A stretch of 36,584 nucleotides of DNA from an uncultured bacterium. Lineage in GTDB: Bacteria > Patescibacteriota > Patescibacteriia > Patescibacteriales > UBA12465. The notes below the pieces were generated by a model. The model ran no database searches, was not told where the DNA came from, and worked only from the letters and a program-made list of their open reading frames with translations. The DNA is taken from NCBI GenBank assembly GCA_942492765.1, contig OW818634.1:859159-895742 (forward strand), read 5' to 3'. Position 1 is the stretch's first letter. Every line of letters begins with the position of its first letter. The translations under genes were made by a program, and so were the position numbers. Below are positions 35,478 to 36,584 of the stretch, piece by piece.

Positions 35478-36455
35478 TTAGAGGCTCAGTTCGGAAACGA
35501 CTATATTCCTTATGGCCTGCCAATCTCCTTTGACAGTGATCTTAGATTTATCCTTGCAGACCTTATAGTCGGCATCTCTGAGAGCTTCGGCGACCGCTTC
35601 AATCTTGTCCTTAAGGTCTTTGACCATCATTATTTCGGTCAGGTGATTTCCTTTGATATCCAAATATTGGATCATCGCGGGATTGAATTCGGATAATAGT
35701 TCTCCGAAAATCTTCTTACGATCGAAGATCCGCTTGTGCTGGATGATCAGACCGCAAGCCGGTGTTAATCTTAGGACGCGTTCATCTAGATTATCGACCA
35801 TGCTCTTATTCTCCTCCTTGATCTTTTGATGCATCTTCATTATCTTATCGATCCTTTCGCTGACGGAATCCGATAGCAGTTCGCTGAGCAGGTGTATCCT
35901 GGTATCAGCTGTCAGGTCATAGCTATTGTTGTATTGGGCCATGACTTCGGCGGCATAAGCGGCCTTCTGGAAACGGAGCGCCATAGCATTAGGGAAGGTC
36001 TTCTTATGGTTAGATAAAGCGTCCATAGTGATGAGCCAATCTTGCCTGATGTCGTTTATCCTGAAGACGTCTATCAAGAATTGAGTCAGGCACGGCTTGT
36101 TGCCGAAAGTGACGCTCAGATTCGGGCATTGCATGGCGGCGTCAGATAGGGCATGGTCAAGATTGGAGCAATTATTTACCCAGAAATAGATCTTTTCCCG
36201 GTGGGCATTCAGGAAGCTAGCGAGACGGGAGCTTCCGCAATTCTGCGGGCCGATGCCGAGAAGATAAATCTTCTTTATCTTCGAGCATATTTTTAGCTCG
36301 TCTATCTTATCGTTGCCCATGAAGATGACGGAAACATCCGTCCGATCGATGACGTTTATCATAAGAGCAGCCGCGATAATGCTGTCATTCATGTTCGGCA
36401 GGATGATCAGGATCTTATTGTCCGGATCGCGCAAATCTTGTTCACTTATTTTCAT
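35478..36455 (-). CDS. Hypothetical protein, possibly a degenerate DHH-phosphoesterase-like fold; start 36455 or 36491
   Basis: ILIILPNMNDSIIAAALM / IYLLGIG / YFWVNNC spacing resembles DHH motifs I-III, but the catalytic residues are missing. Confidence 0.6.
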   Translation of the reverse strand: MKISEQDLRDPDNKILIILPNMNDSIIAAALMINVIDRTDVSVIFMGNDKIDELKICSKIKKIYLLGIGPQNCGSSRLASFLNAHREKIYFWVNNCSNLDHALSDAAMQCPNLSVTFGNKPCLTQFLIDVFRINDIRQDWLITMDALSNHKKTFPNAMALRFQKAAYAAEVMAQYNNSYDLTADTRIHLLSELLSDSVSERIDKIMKMHQKIKEENKSMVDNLDERVLRLTPACGLIIQHKRIFDRKKIFGELLSEFNPAMIQYLDIKGNHLTEIMMVKDLKDKIEAVAEALRDADYKVCKDKSKITVKGDWQAIRNIVVSELSL

Positions 36456-36584
36456 TATTTTTGGGGTTTTTGATGTTAAGTTACGATACAATTCTAGTAA
36501 TATTAGAACTTTTATAAGAAAATGTCAAGGCTAGTTTACAAACTTAAAACTCTATGGCAAGCTATATAGGTAAATATTTTGCCC

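Noticed and set aside
1-36584. tRNA, rRNA, transposase, integrase, prophage, defence systems or stop-codon recoding
   Set aside because: Intergenic gaps are short and explained by promoters and terminators. No such motifs were seen, and the known genes are full-length in the standard code.

Overview
A gene-dense (33 CDS calls) bacterial chromosome segment read in the standard genetic code. I found no RNA genes, CRISPR arrays or mobile elements. It most resembles a Patescibacteria/CPR (Parcubacteria-like) genome. This is inferred from surface proteins ending in the 'DVKELQKYLN...FGxxTRxALIxFQ...GYFGPxT' peptidoglycan-binding module, TolC-less efflux operons with very long adaptors, and orphan response regulators. 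From left to right: (1) a partial RelA/SpoT-type HD hydrolase and DUF1294; (2) a four-gene redox-like operon (DUF2769-like Cys-rich protein, Fe-S/FMN flavoprotein, blue-copper lipoprotein, 74-aa bis-His membrane protein); (3) two tandem receiver-only regulators and an HI0933 flavoprotein; (4) an ECF sigma/anti-sigma locus where one promoter motif (GAAGAA-N11/12-CGGCGTATTA) recurs three times, upstream of the sigma gene, secreted low-complexity proteins and a MacAB-like exporter; (5) a cN-III/UMPH-1-type nucleotidase; (6) a metal island (csoR, HMA/DsbD-like gene and copA with an operator, divergent from a ZIP transporter and an RND pump); (7) two paralogous unknown membrane proteins, rarA and an orphan OmpR regulator; (8) two large BspA-type LRR surface proteins, one with mosaic Ig-like repeats; (9) hisS, rnhB and a possible dead DHH-fold protein. 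The best candidates for undescribed systems are the redox operon, the ECF regulon, and a helical insert shared by both TolC-less efflux adaptors. All family calls come from motif recognition only; no database searches were run.
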